From assembly GCA_965649765.1 (NCBI GenBank), contig OZ287748.1, forward strand, positions 83,018,001 to 83,082,000: a DNA stretch of 64,000 bases, given 5' to 3'. Source of the DNA: Bispira polyomma (taxonomy: Eukaryota). Shown here piece after piece: positions 44,301 to 58,200 of this stretch. The notes beneath the pieces were generated by a model. It searched no databases. It was not told the origin of the DNA and saw only the letters and a program-made list of their open reading frames with translations. A program made the translations under genes and the position numbers. Every line of letters begins with the position of its first letter. Position 1 is the stretch's first letter.

Positions 44301-46231
44301 ATCCTAGGCACCAGCCAGTATGCCAAGTAGTACTGGGAAAGTAAATAGTGTAGAGAAGTTCTTGAGTTTATTATAGCTGTCTTCTCTTAAAAGAATATAT
44401 AGACTTAGTTTCAGTGTAAGTTGCTTGTAAAATAGTTTGTTCAGCATTTACTTAGCCAAACTTAATTTGTTGAAATTTTGCATAGTTGAAGCAGTTTAAT
44501 TGTCCATTTACCATATAATTTACAATTAATCCACATTTTTCATGTTGTTTAGGAATGCTTTGCATGTTGCTTGCTTGAATGCTTTTAGTCTAATTGTATT
44601 TTGGAATACTGATTTTTATATCTTGCGTCGTTCATATTTTAACCTACTAAATTAGTCTTCTAGATCGAATCATCATATTCTGGGCATGTTAAAATATTGT
44701 TATGAATTAAAGTCTATGCTATAACTTCCATTGCAGTGCACCTTGAAGTGGGTGTGTGCAATTTCTGTTACAAGGTTTAGTCTAAGAAGGAATTGGATTC
44801 TCTGAAAGAAAAAAAGGGTCTCTTCCTTACTTTTGGAGTTCATCCCAAGCTGACCCATCATGCACTAGTCAAGGAAATCGACTGTATGAAAAGATTAATC
44901 TCCAAAGAGGGCCACTGTCAATCTAATCTAATCTAGTCGTACTTTTATAGCACTTTTTTTTTTAGGAATTGGAGCTATTGGTATAGACTTTAGTGGCTAC
45001 CATCGAGAGTATCTGAAGCAGCAATGTGATGTGTTGGCACAATTGCTGGAATTCTATGCTATCAAGCACCTATGGGCTAAGGTGTTAGTTAGTTATTCAT
45101 TGTTGCCATGCCAGTTATTCAACCAAAGCCAGAAACCATTGTCTGAAGGTTATGTGGGAGAGCTGCCACAGTTCTATAGGCCGTCCTATAAAATTCACAG
45201 GCATTGTTACTACGGAGGAATGGTTGAAACGGACAAATGGCCTTAGCTTTTTTCAAGGGTAATGTTTAGCTTCACAGTAGTTCTTCTCCGTAATGTTAAT
45301 CATCATGAACTTAAAGAGATGGCATCTAGTGTTGAAGCGGTCATTTTGACAGAGTACAAACAATTTACTGTTACATAAAAAGGAACTTATTCTCTGTAGC
45401 CGAAGTTTTAATCATCACAGATGCTGTCTTAAAGATATAGTATTGTCATATACTGCTACAGGTAGGCAGCAAATTTACAATAATGGATCCAGTGAATTTC
45501 CAGGCACAGTTTGTGGTACTGCTTGTGGTCATAATTCGGCCGCCTGCTATAAATCGGCCACCATACAATAAATGTGTCATAACTTCAAATTAATTAGATT
45601 TATTTGCCTAACAATACAGTACTTCCTTGAATATTAGTATTGTAATTGTTTTACTTTAATCCTGTGGTCCATTTTGTACCTAGATCGTTAATAATTACCA
45701 TTTAAAATGGGACGGCCGATTTACAACTGGTAGCCGAATTATAACCGGCAGTACACAAGAAATGTAATGGGTTGTAATTGTGTGATATGGACCGAAAATA
45801 AACTTCCAGACGTTGTTTCTTGTATACAAGAAATTTAAATTTGTTGCATGAGAAATTTATGCGTTTTGTAATCGTGTGAAAATGGACAGAATATTATTAA
45901 GTTGGCATAGTTTTTGGATTAAATAAAGTATAATATACAGTTACAGTTAAAATAGTTAGATCAATGTATCTTATAAGATTAAAGTTTTATTACGTTCAGT
46001 GGGAAAACCCCATCGTACGGTATTATGACCAGACTGAATTTATGAACGTCCATGTAGAGGGACAAAATCTTTCATTATCGCCCACATTACACACTTCTGC
46101 TGATTTACTTTATAAACTGTGTACCTGTATAGCCGACTGAGGTATTTAATACCATAAAATCCAGCTACTGTAAAAAAGATGGATTTTTTCCAATTATTTC
46201 TTATTTTAAGCGCTAGTTTAATTAAAACCAT
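35319..46231 (-). CDS. AGK: Acylglycerol kinase, mitochondrial (410 aa, 14 coding exons)
   Basis: Exons (GT-AG, frame-consistent): 46231-46125, 44163-44124, 43348-43269, 42657-42582, 42178-42083, 41793-41761, 40953-40859, 40758-40689, 39709-39630, 39341-39154, 38366-38254, 36523-36456, 35864-35783, 35423-35319. Motifs include RNNWKKS, VTVFLNPAA, FEKNVAPVLHLAG, TEYEGQAK, VAGGNGT, PLGTTN, WGAYRDA, YWYFG and FSIDHEDYE. Confidence 0.95.
37470..38080. repeat. 42-bp minisatellite, about 14 copies, plus ~1.5 detached copies at 36537-36604
   Basis: Unit cattccagagattgaagatactaaaaacattacccagtaata; it explains the 14-aa periodic ORF at 37550-37843. Confidence 0.95.
38960..39150 (+). mobile_element. 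tRNA-derived SINE, family B
   Basis: Core tgtggaaagtttgtcagatacttgccgtaagtcggtggtttc and 3' end gaccttagctgttaaaagtgacataaaaac. Confidence 0.75.
40405..40638. mobile_element. MITE with long (~80 bp) imperfect TIRs
   Basis: CA.GG.TGGACAGCTTAGCGGA...ATAGC.GACAGTAA.TTAAAA is inverted at both ends, flanked by TA. Confidence 0.8.
43715..43985 (-). mobile_element. Degenerate tRNA-derived SINE
   Basis: B-box GGTTCGATCC is followed by a non-tRNA body; no cloverleaf can be formed. Confidence 0.45.
45517..45753. mobile_element. MITE
   Basis: Termini TACTGC..GTGGTCATAATTCGGC and GCCGAATTATAACCGGCAGTA form an inverted pair. Confidence 0.65.
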
Positions 46232-46762
46232 TTTAGGTAGCTACTAAACGTATGGTATAGTACCACTTTCAATTTTCGGTTCCCAAAAATATGCGGCAAC
46301 ATACTTTCTATTTTTGTTGGTGCGTATATGTAAGTGGACTTCATACAACTATAAATAAATCCTACTAAGTTAGCATTAAGGAAGGCAACAATCTGATAAA
46401 TCTTTGCGCCAAATGCTTCTTTTGCAACCTACACCAGTGGTCAAAATTAATATTCTGGTTTTGTAAGGCCAGCTTTTAGGTAGTGTTATTTAGTTTGATA
46501 TGAATATTTTAAGCTTATGCATAAAATGATGGATTTGAGTTTTTAAGACAAAATGTTTTATGTTCAAATAAATGTGAGTTATTAACCAACAAAGAAAAAT
46601 TAACACTATTATGACTCGGACACTTATTGTGATTACTTGTGTAACAAATATTTGCGCTAAACTCATATTTTATGCTTTATAAAACTCATTTTAAGTCAGC
46701 CAAACTTTTGCTAATCAAGTTTCATATTAGTCCCCTTTTGAATTAAATACAAGTGTAAACCT

Positions 46763-49061
46763 TTTTTTTTTTTTTATTGTTTTTTTTTACATATATATAT
46801 ACATAAATTACAATACAATACAACATTACAATATACAAGTATTACAAAACAAGAGAACACAGAAATAGACAAACATATTTATTAATCAGTCTCAGATATA
46901 TCATTTCTATTACATGTTTTGAAACAAAACAACATTTTATTAGCTCTTGTATAATAATTCATAATAATAATATTTGTCTGGTGTAATTCCTTTAAGCATT
47001 TTTGTTGTGCAGATAACTTTAAATTTTTCTTTCAAAACTAAAATAAATTCAACGATTTGAGATATCTATGGAATAAAGTTTTAGTTTTCCCTTCCACAAT
47101 TTTGGAATGGAACTCACAATAGAATTGTAGAACATTTGGCTTAAGCTTGCATTTAGCCTTCGGTTTAATTCATGTCTTTGTAAAATATATCCGTTTTGGT
47201 CCAAGATATCTATCATTTTGTTTGGAAATTGAGTTCTGGATATTGGCCTCTTAGCTATAGTAATTTCTTTATTATAAAGAATATATTCATTTAATATCTC
47301 GGTTTCATTGTCAGGAGTTGTACAGTAGACTTTATACCAGCTTTCTAAAACTTATTGATGGAACATTGTCAAGCACTTTTTTGTAGAGATAAAACTGAAT
47401 TTTATATTTAGTAAATTTTCATTTAGAGAGAGCATTTTGTATGTCAATATTTTCCAATTAGCATTATCATTATAGGCAAGTCTTTTAATCCAGCTACATT
47501 TAGCTGCTGTATGCATAGAATAGATGTCTACCATTTTTAGCCCACCATCTTCAATTGATGCAACAATGGTATCTTTTTAAACTTTTGCAGGTTTATTTTT
47601 CCACAAAAATAATAAAAACATGGTATTAATTTGGTCTAAAATCTCTTTTGGTACATAAATAACGTTAAAAAGATATAAAACTTGTGGCAGAATTAGCGAC
47701 TTTAGGATTATTATTCTCCCTTTTAGTGATAGGTTTCGTGAGTTCCAAATAAAAAGTATCTTTTTCATATTTTCTATCTTAACGTTAAAATTTAAATCAA
47801 CCATTTCTTTTCTACTTTTGGAAAACCAAATCCCTAATGTTTTAAATGCAGTGTTTTTTATTTTAATCATATTGATTGACTTAGGAGTGGTGATAATTTT
47901 ATGGACATTTGTACTAATTGGTATTATTTCAGTTTTGTCAAGATTGAGTTTTAACCCCGAACATTGAGAAAATTTCTTATATTGTTGAACCGCTTCTTCA
48001 ACAGATGCCATATTCTTTAAAAAAAGGGTTGTATCATCAGCTAGCATTTTAATTTTGAATTCACATCCATTTACAGCCAGTCCCTTGATATCATCTTTGT
48101 GTCTTATATATATGGCCATTATTTCTGCAACAAGAAGAAAAAGTAGAGCAGACATTGGGCAACCTTGTCTAATTCCACGTGTTAGCTGAAAATATTGAGA
48201 GTAATAGCCATTATTACCTACACATGAAGATATATTAGTGTACAATATTTTAACCCAACTGATAAACTGCGGACCAAAGCTATATTTTTCTAAACATTTG
48301 AACATAAAGTTCCATTCTATTATGTCAAAGGCTTTTCTGAAATCTATTAACATTAGATAATCTGATATATTGTATTTAGTACTATATGTCATTAAATCTG
48401 TTATGGTTCGAACATTTTCCCCAATATATCTGCCTGAAATGTATCCTACCTGATCTGGATGTATGATTTTTGGTAAAACTTTCTGTAGTCTTAAGGCTAA
48501 TGCTTTTGTCAAGATTTTATAATCTGTTTGCAACAGACTTACAGGTCTCCAGTTTGACAAGTAACGTAGATCCTTATCACCTTTGGGTATCAAATTTATT
48601 ATTCCTTTCTGTTGGTCAATACTTAACAGCTTATGTTCAAACGAATACAGAAAACTATCAAACAACATATCTTTAAAGTCAATCCAAAAGAATTCGTAAA
48701 AGTCGGTTGTGAAACCATCTGATCCTGGAGATTTATCATTACGTAGAAGTTTCAGTGCTTTTGTGCATTCTTCAATAGTCAATGGAGCTTCACATAAAAG
48801 ATGATCAGTATTTTCTAACTTTGGAATGAAATTGTTGTTCAAAAAGTGGCTTTCTATTGCGAAGTCATCTGTATTGACTTCAGATGTGTATAGTTTCCGA
48901 TAATACCTTTCTTCTTCTTGTATTATGTCTTCGAGATCAGTCAATTCGTTATCATTGTCCGTGATAATTTTTTTTATATACTTGTTATTAAAATTTCGTT
49001 TCTCTAGATTTAAGAAATATTTTGTATTTTTTTCACCATGCTCTACCCATTTGGCCTTTGC
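46763..49061 (-). mobile_element. 5'-truncated L1/Tx1-clade non-LTR retrotransposon (ORF2 RT fragment)
   Basis: The 495-aa ORF has KWVEHGEKNTKYF, KSPGSDG, WRPVSLL..DYKIL, DFRKAFD, RQGCPMS and LADD. The frame continues through stops at 47577 and 47352. A poly(A) tail lies at ~46763-46788 and a 13-bp TSD CAAGTGTAAACCT at 46750-46762 and 49062-49074. Confidence 0.95.
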
Positions 49062-49787
49062 CAAGTGTAAACCTGTTTTGAATCATTCTGTTTGTTGAAA
49101 CATCTTAATTGGCCACACTGTGGAATTGGATTGTCACTTTGCTAAGATGATATATAAGTACCACCTGTGATTGTGTACATACTAAGTTATTGCAATTCAG
49201 TTATATCTATATATATAAAGACTAACCCTTTACAATATTTCATTATTATACTTTCTACCTGGTTAGATATCCTAAATGATATAATGACTCATATCAAAAC
49301 AGCTTCAAAAGACCAAATTTTGTACTTGCTGATTAAAATAAATATTCCCAATTAAAGTCAGAATTATTAATGTCTTGACACATTTTATCAGAGAATTATA
49401 TATCTAAACTTATCAGAAAACAATACTCTAAACAATACGTTGTGTTGCAGGAGACAACATTAGATACTATATCACATTAATTCTCTATTAATATGAACCA
49501 ATAAATCCTTACTTCATTGACGACCTTTGATCTTGATTCAAGTATGCCAAAGTTCATTTTTTTTTTAAATTGTGTCATTGATACGGACCAAACCACTTGG
49601 TGACTTTTTAATCGCAGAGGGGACCACAATTCTCTAAATAACATTGTTTTACTTATTTCCTAATATATTGTTATGGTTTACTATATATAGTTGCATCCTT
49701 GTACATTACTTAAATATGTAGAAACACTGTATTATCCTAATCTATATTAACCATTACATCAAACTTCTTGTTTCAAACTTTTTACAA

Positions 49788-49965
49788 GAGGGCTCGTTGG
49801 TTTAGTAAACACACTCGCCTCCCACCTCTGAGGTTATGGGTTCAAATCTTTTGTGGGAAATTTGGCAGTTTATTTGTCAATGCCCATGGCAGTCTTGACC
49901 AACTAGTATGCTTGATTTTTGCCCACAAGTAAAACTGTCTGCCTTGTTATGACCTATCAATCAAT
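49788..49965 (+). mobile_element. Degenerate tRNA-derived SINE
   Basis: TGGTTTAGT A-box, GGTTCAAATC B-box, tgtgggaaa core and (tcaa)n tail. Confidence 0.6.
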
Positions 49966-50539
49966 AAACTTTTTCTGACCAATCCAATAATTTATGGTTG
50001 GATAATAATTTTTGCTTAAGATATTGTTTATAATATGAACATATAGATATAGTTGATTAACATATACATACATTATGTCAAAATTATGGCCATACTGAAC
50101 ACATTTGTCTAATAAAGTTTGTAATTACTTAGTAGATGGAGCAAAACAAGGTCATCAGCTAACTTATATCAGATGATTTACAATTTAGATTTATTATTAC
50201 GTCTAACTCATTGTTTTGAATTTTTTTTCAAGCAATCTAAATAATTTTTGTTTAGATATTACTTTTTGCATAAGGTATTGTTTATAATATAACCAAGATA
50301 CTTATATAAGCTAGTTACAACAAGTGCTTTATCACCTGATCTTATTTTATTTAGAAAACCACGTTTTGTGGCTATAAATAAACATCATTTAATATGTTTT
50401 ACCATTATACATTATGTCAAAGGCATGGCAATCCTCAACACATTGGTTCAAGAAAGTCACTTAGTAGATAGATCAAACACAACAAGGTCATCAGCATATG
50501 TCAGATGATTTACCATAGTGTTACAACAACAGGCAATTT

Positions 50540-50900
50540 AAAACTTATTAAGTGAAGTACTCCGTTTATGCATATACAAGTTAAAAAGTACTAAGGAAGG
50601 AATACCCCCTTGTTTGTTAATATAAATATTGGTTAAAGATCTGGACGTGCTTCCTTCTTTAACCAGTACATGTTTTGTGAAATATTTATTATTATATATA
50701 GTCAAACCACAATGGGCCACCATAAAATCTTGTTGACTGTTTAGGCAGCACTTCGATTCAACAGGAGAAATTTTAAGAGAAAGGGCATTTGTGGGGCTAC
50801 AGATTTCTTTCCATATAAAAGGAAAATGAACTCAACAGAGTTATACTGAAAAAGGTTTAATTGTATTTTCTGTCAACTAAACTTCAACTTGTACACCATT
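50540..50900 (-). mobile_element. Decayed non-LTR RT remnant
   Basis: KQGGIPSLVLFNLYM resembles the RT QG..LSP.LFN.Y motif. Confidence 0.4.
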
Positions 50901-51337
50901 AGAGCACACTGAAACACACCCAGATTACATGGGTTTGGACTATAGGTGGCAATTTGTATAGTTCTATATACAAATAAAGACAAGGTACTTTCGTAGAAAG
51001 ATTTAGAAAACCAGTTATCACTAGAAGTTCATATTTGGCACAACTATTTGTCAGGACATCTATATGTTCAGTACATGCATGTCTGAAAACTTTTACCTTG
51101 AAGAAATTACCATGACCTGAAAATCTGTTTACAAATATTATTTCACAATCCGGTGTACATGCAAAATGTTAATCACATTTTGACTTTTTGTCTTTGAGAA
51201 AGGTTTAAACTTTAAAATCTTTTTTTTTAAAAATTTGTTTCTGCATATAAATAGTACATAATATACATTATAAAAAATAACACCAACACACAGACTTCAC
51301 AAAAGGACAAAGACAAACAATGTCAACAACACCGATA

Positions 51338-52352
51338 AACTAGACCTAGCATTGGAGAACCGATGCATATTTGTATCCACCAGAAAGACAAAGCACCCTA
51401 GGTGGCAAACACTCTAGCTAGCACCCAAGCTAGAAGCCCATGATTTCCTATAGGACATTTTTGCTAAAGCCTTAAATGGCACAAGTGGGTTTCACATTGC
51501 AAAAAATAATAAGTGTGAGATAGGCACTTTTAAGTTGGCCATCCTCATTAGACCTTGAACGAGGGACCCAAGGTCAAATTTGAGCACATGAAAAAAGATT
51601 TCCAACCAATGATTTCATATAAGTTGGTTTGGCACTCCAAACCTCTGGGACCAACAATAAGTGAGATAGGTACTTTTAAGTTTGGCCATCTGCATTTGAC
51701 CTTGAACGAGGGGCCCAAGGTCAAATCGGACCACATTAAAAGATTCCCAGGCCATTATTTTCTATAGGTTTGTTTCACATCCAAAACCTGTTTGACCAAA
51801 AATAAGCGAGATATAGGCACTTTTATATTTGGCCATCTTGTTTTATCTTGATGGAGAGGCCCAAGGTCAAATCTGAGCACATCAAAAGATTCTCTGCTCA
51901 TGATTTCCAGGTTGATTTCAGACCTCTAGGACCAATATTAAGCGAGATATAGGCACTTTTAAGTTTGGTCAAAATCGGTCATTTGGGGTACTTTGGCACT
52001 ATGTTGATGACCTTGAATAAGGCGATTCAAGGTCAAATGTCTGCATGCTTATACAAGACATATATATCCGTTAAACATATCAACCTTCTACAGCTGAGAA
52101 ACAGACACAGATAAAAGTCTGATTATTTTCCCAAAAAAATCCAGTGGCGGCCATCTTGTTTGTAAAAATAAGGCTAAAATTACTCACAGGCAAGCTTTAG
52201 TAATAAAGGACATTTTCTGTAAATTTGAGGAGCCTAGGTGTAAAAGTTTACCCAGGAGAGCGGTAATGGTAAAACCTCTACACATACTGAAGCGTTGGCG
52301 GGGTAACCAAGCATAATCCAATGTATGCACCCGAGTTTTCCGGTAGATACAA
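51338..52352 (+). mobile_element. HINE-like element (third family), copy 1
   Basis: AACTAGACCTAG start, ggagaaccgatgcatatttgtatccacc, ~140-bp core repeats (cccaaggtcaaat) and a degenerate terminal hairpin; homologous to 60176-61662. Confidence 0.8.
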
Positions 52353-53765
52353 CTAGTAATCTTAACAATGCTATGATTTTCACATGTGGGATAAAAAAAA
52401 AAAAACAAAAAAAAAAACCAAGTGTTACCCCTCTAATGGAATGTAATATAGCAAGCTCACCATTCTTCATTCCGAAAATACTGATCTGAATTCATTACTT
52501 GTATTTATATCTACTTGTTGTTCAGACAGACAATTTAATTTTTTAAAGATTTTACCAAACGATTCTTTGTAAAAAGTGTGTTTCTTTCTATCTCCATAGA
52601 GAATCTTTCTTATTCCTAGTTTTATGTTTTAACGTTAATAAAAAGTCTTCCAACAGAATAGGGTTATTATTTGTTATTATAAACCATTTTCCTAGAAGAA
52701 TTACTTAATTTATTGAAGAGAGTATGTTGTCCTGCCATGGTAGACCAAAAAGCTCTTCACACATGGTGAGTCCTACGTCTACTGCAAGAGTTTCAGCTAA
52801 TAGGGTTTTAATGTTTTGCCAAAAGGTTACAGTTGATTTGCAGTAAATTAGGGGATGCTCTAAGGTTTAAAATCTTATTTGCTACTCCTAGTTGCAACAT
52901 ATTGTAGTTTGTCATCATTTTGACCTTTGACCTCCGATCGAGTTTTGACCTTGATCTGAAAAGCTGTTTTTCTGACTACCTCCCAGGAACTTATATTCAC
53001 AGAAGGTTTGTCACACGTATTTGTTTACAGTTTGACATTATAGTCTTTGGAACAACCACAAAAATCTTTTCCAGTTTATATCTTAATAATTACTCACAGC
53101 ATCTTCATATTTGGTACAGATATTCAGTAGGGTATTCTTAGTAAGAATATTTCACCCTTTGGCTGTGGTATTACTGCAGCTTTGCAGCTATTTGGTTTTA
53201 ATTGCTATGAAACTGGTTTATAGTTGGATAGGTAAAAATAAATAACGTAATTTGGGTTATAAAATAAGGAATGTTTACTGGCCTACACTGCTGTTCATTT
53301 CTAACGTCACTACGCAGTGTGATGTCTCTACAACGACTCTTAATTGAGTGCTACATTATTAAAAATGATAACTTAAATACAAACATTTTTGTACACAGTA
53401 TTTTAAGTTATTTAATTTGTGTTTTTAATTGAAATATAAAACATTTGTTTATTTTTAGTTATATTTCAAAAATTGTCTTGGGTGGATAAAATTTACCTGC
53501 ATTTGTATAAATATTACATCTTTGAACAATAAAAACAATCAAATGTACATCAAACTACAGCCCGCGATATCTATACAGGGTCACCTCAACGCGGAACTTC
53601 CAATTAAGCCTCCTCAGAATTTAAAGCAAGTTGGTACAAAAGATTTAATGTCACAAGTTTCTGAACATATTCAATTACAAATGTTGAACAGTAACCGGGG
53701 TTTTTATTATTATTTACATCAACAAATTAAAGTTAATTTTTGAATAATAATAATAATAATATTTT

Positions 53766-54291
53766 TTGTGACGTCACAATATATGTGGACTGTCTTTGAA
53801 TCCAAGAGTATGACTTGACGTATTTACAGTTTCTAACTGTATTATTTTGATATAAAACTCCTCCCTAGATGTCAAATCTTAATTAATATTTTCTAGCTGT
53901 GTAGTTATATTTATACACATGATTATAATACTAGGTGTCGTTTATGTATGCCCATGCATGGTACTACTGTATATATGACACATGACGCCTCATACATACT
54001 GCATGAAAACCAACCATTCTGTAAAACATGTGACGTTAAAGTACATAACCAACAGTTATACCCTTTATCCAGATAATTTTACTGGCGATCCGTCTATGGA
54101 CGTTTGCTTTCTGGTGTGACGTCACAATGAAATGACGCTGACGTTACGCCATCTGCAATGTTGTGTACGTTTAAAAATACGTAATTTGTCCAAACACTTT
54201 AAAGCGAACAGCGGTGTAGATTTGACAAGATGTGATCGTGCAGATAGTTTCCTGTGAATTGCTTATATCCATCAGAAGATTACAGCTAACG
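53766..54291 (+). promoter_or_regulatory. CRE/ATF-site cluster, promoter and non-coding exon 1 of the plus-strand gene
   Basis: TGACGTCA at 53769 and 54117; TGACG at 53816, 53983, 54031, 54133 and 54139; TATA-like TTTAAAA at ~54170; donor G|GTGAGT at 54292. Confidence 0.7.
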
Positions 54292-55290
54292 GTGAGTATA
54301 ATAACATATTGAGTTGTGTTTGGTAGCTTTTGAAATTGTCTAGACCTTCTTATTTTTGATATTCTCTACTTTTCAGTAAATTTGGCAGATTTATTTCTTA
54401 GAAAACGTCTGACATATTGCAGTTGTATGTCTAGTAACAGTCAAACAGTACATACTATATAACGATTAAGTGTGTAACATGATTTGTGGTATGTTGACGG
54501 GTTCTTTAGTATCAGTTTGTCTTAGAATTTCATGGTAAAATATTTTGAATTCAGACACGTGCTGTTTGATAGCATCCTCCAGAGTTTTCTGTCCTCGACG
54601 ATGCTTTAATTTTTACTGATGGGTACATTGTGCGTACCATCTTTTTGTGGTATTCAGTTCTACATAAAACAACTCTCTGACATCAATTTAAATCATATCA
54701 GAACAATACCCCAGGAATTTGATATGTTCTAATATTGCAGTAGAGAATCTTGATATAATGACATGGTGTGACCTAAGTTTGACCTTGTGCATTGCCATTA
54801 CAACAGGAGCAAGCATATCTGGACTATCTTGCAATTAATCCTTGGGGAACTAACTAGATGTAAAATGTCCATTTATGTGGTTTGATATTGTGTGAGCCAT
54901 CCATCACCAGAACTAGACGTAACAGACAAAAAGCAATGGGACGTGTTTGTGTGTAGAGCAGAACGTTCATTGAGCAATCATGTTAGAAGAGTAAGATTTT
55001 GTCAAAAAATAGATTTTTTTGCAAACAAGAGACATTGTAGTCTAACATGGTTTATAAAATTGAGTTGCAAGTATTTTGATAAAATTACATATTCACAAAT
55101 CAGTTCATTTAAGTTATGATAATAGAGGTATTATACTTTTAAAGGATTATTGAGATGAACCATGTAAAATTGATTATTTAGGAATCAACTTTAAGAATTA
55201 TAAAGATCACAGTGTCTTAGCATTATTTTTGATTACTTTAATCTACAAATTATTATTATTTTATATTTCTTAAGCAAAGAAAGCTGCAAG

Positions 55291-58200
55291 ATGAATAACC
55301 ATCCAATCCATATGCCAACGCAGCCATTAAGTAATGCCCTGGATCCAAGGCACATCCAAACATGCAATGTTGTGGTTTCACCACCGCCAGCTCCTGCCCG
55401 GGATCAGTTCCAGGGAAACTATTCCAACTTCAGTCCATACTATCACTCCCCTGATCAGCACATGCATGAGAGTGTGATGTATCCAAGAGATTGCCACTAC
55501 GACCACATGTCCATGACCCCACCACCAAATGCGTTCAATAACTGCTGGAACAGTCCTCATGGCTGTCACCACGCACACCCAGAGATGGGCTATAACTTCT
55601 GTGTTCCTCCCCCATTCCCTCACTACCAGTACGGCTGCTGTGCACCAACAATGAATGACAAGATGTCATGCAACAAGATGCCGTCCCACCAAGTGTATCA
55701 GAAGAAGCCATACAGTTCTGGATTTACACCATACCGGTCAAGGAGGAGGAAGCAAGTAAGCTTTCAGAACGTTGGACAAGGGCGTCCTCAGCAGCATGAG
55801 ACGGCAGCTTCTGGAGCTAATTATGAACAACTCCAAAATGTTAGTGTAAAATTTTGTTGTATTGATTCCTCATATCAGTTCCAACCTGCAATATTGCAAA
55901 TATCTTTAGTTTATAGCTTTTCACATTTTTTGGGGGAACAAGACTACAGTCTTATTGATCTCTTGATTGTAACCCTGGCAACCCACTGCTATTATGACCT
56001 TATGTGTATTGATGGATTCAAAATTCATACTTTATAACAATAAGTTGGCTGTAGCTTGTAACCATGGAAGCTTGTTTTCCGTCTCAAACTTTGCTTAAAC
56101 TCAATCTTATCCTATAACAATTCTGTCTAGTAGATTGTAGCAGATTAAACAACTGACGTGAATTAAATTCTATTAAATTGCCTTAATGATGTCTATAATA
56201 TGCTATGACTATTTGTGCTCACAAATTTCTCTATCTCTCTCATATCATTTACAAACCTGTATATTTCTTTAGGGAAGTTCTCTGGCTGCACCAATGGTAC
56301 AAACAATATCTCCTGGCGACTCTGCGAGTAGCTTGCCTCCAGGCTACAAGGTCTTCAATATATCTGTAGAGGCAACTCCTTCAGGATATCAGATGTCGGC
56401 ACCCGATGGATTAACTCTCAGTGAAGAGCACATAGAAAACATCCTAAAAGTGGTAAATACTGGGAAAGCCGTGTATACCCCGTCCAACTTCGAAGGGTCT
56501 GCCGAAGGCATTGCACCCAATCCCGACACTTCTCTAAACCAAAAGTACATGGTAGCTCCCAGCTTGAGTAGTAAAACAGACCTCAACCCTTCACTGATGG
56601 CAGGTGATGCTGGGACGGTCTATTACGAAAGAGGAAGTGGAGAGACTGTACCACAAGAGATGATACAACAACAGGAGAGTGGAGTCCACTACAGCAGTCC
56701 TAGTGAGGCAACACCAACAAGTGAGAGCAGCCAGCCAGATACTAGGGGTGAGTATTGTGCCCAAAAATTGAGATTTGTTGTGATATCCTGGTTGTATTGC
56801 AATATATATTGCAATATATTGGATCATATATAGCATTAACACATTTTGCAAAAAGAGAACAGTGACCTTGTGGTCACAAACCTCGGAGACATGTGTCTAT
56901 TTGTCAAGCTGTCTACCTAAAAGTAAACGAATATTATCTGTCTATCTGTTAACGTATAAGTCAGAACAAAAAATATCTGTCTACCTATAACAATGAGTAA
57001 ATTCATATTTTAATTTTGGTTGGAAGATTGTGGTGAGTGTATGGTCTTGGGATACAATATTTTGGTCACATTATTTTGCAGATCTCTCTAGCAGTTTTAC
57101 AAAAGTAAAGTAAATATTTATTTTTTGTGTTCCGAAATCTTCAGAAAAGGGCTTGCTTTTTTGAAAGCAATAAGGAAGTGGCTATAGAAGTGATCCCCGA
57201 TATATAAGAAATGGGCTTAACGATGGGGTCCCTGATACATTAAAATTAACCGTAAGATCGGGCTGTAATTAAAATTTTATTTTATTATTTCTATTTCTAT
57301 AATATCTGTTTGAGGATATTTCTTCTAAAAAGACAATATCTTAGGCAAAATATTCATTTATTGCTTACTTCTGCCGTTTGTAAACATATATCCTATTATC
57401 CTCAATAATAAAGTATTTCGCCATTAATAGCCGTTATATTTTTTATATTGTTTAATGGAGCAATGACTAGCCAGTATATAGTATGTACGTCAAGTAGGAT
57501 AATGTACACATATATGTTTAATTGCTATTTTCGGGGAGTTACGTGAAGTTCTGTTAATCTATTTCCTAAACTTCCAAAGGCAAGTTCAATTTCTATTTTT
57601 GGGAAGTTCTGTTATTTACTTCATTCTCAGTTATATATTTGTAGACATAAAATAATATTTTACTAAAAGAACCATATACATGAAATTTTAAGGGGACTCT
57701 CTAAGATTGGTACTTAACGATCTATATCCTCAATAATAAAGCATTTAGCCATTAATAGCCGTTATATTTTGGTATATACGTGACCTAATTTTTCATTTTT
57801 CTTCCTTGCTTGTATACAGAGCATCGTTTTGATGACGTAAGTTTGCAAGTACATGATATTTGTTGTTTTTAGAATAATATATAACCTTAATCGTCAATTA
57901 AGGAAATATTACAAAATAAACGGGGCAGGGTTATTTAGTTTATTATATTAAAAAATAAATTGTTATAAAACGAGTAATATTAAAAACTACTTAAAATAAT
58001 AAATAGAACTAGTAGATAGTACTGTCTACAGACAAAAAACGTATCTAATACATGATATCGGCGGGCTCTGAGTCTGCTTTCCGAGATAATCAAGCGAGTT
58101 TCTTCCAATCCGCATGCTTGCGCAGTAAAAATCAGAACCAGGTCAAAGAAACGCTAAAGCCCCATAAACCACCGACCTACAGCAAGTATCTGAAAAAATT

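Noticed and set aside
47577-49064. 495-aa RT ORF as a domesticated gene or novel RT system
   Set aside because: It begins at the truncation junction without a true ATG, has downstream nonsense codons, a poly(A) tail and a TSD, so it is an ordinary dead LINE copy.
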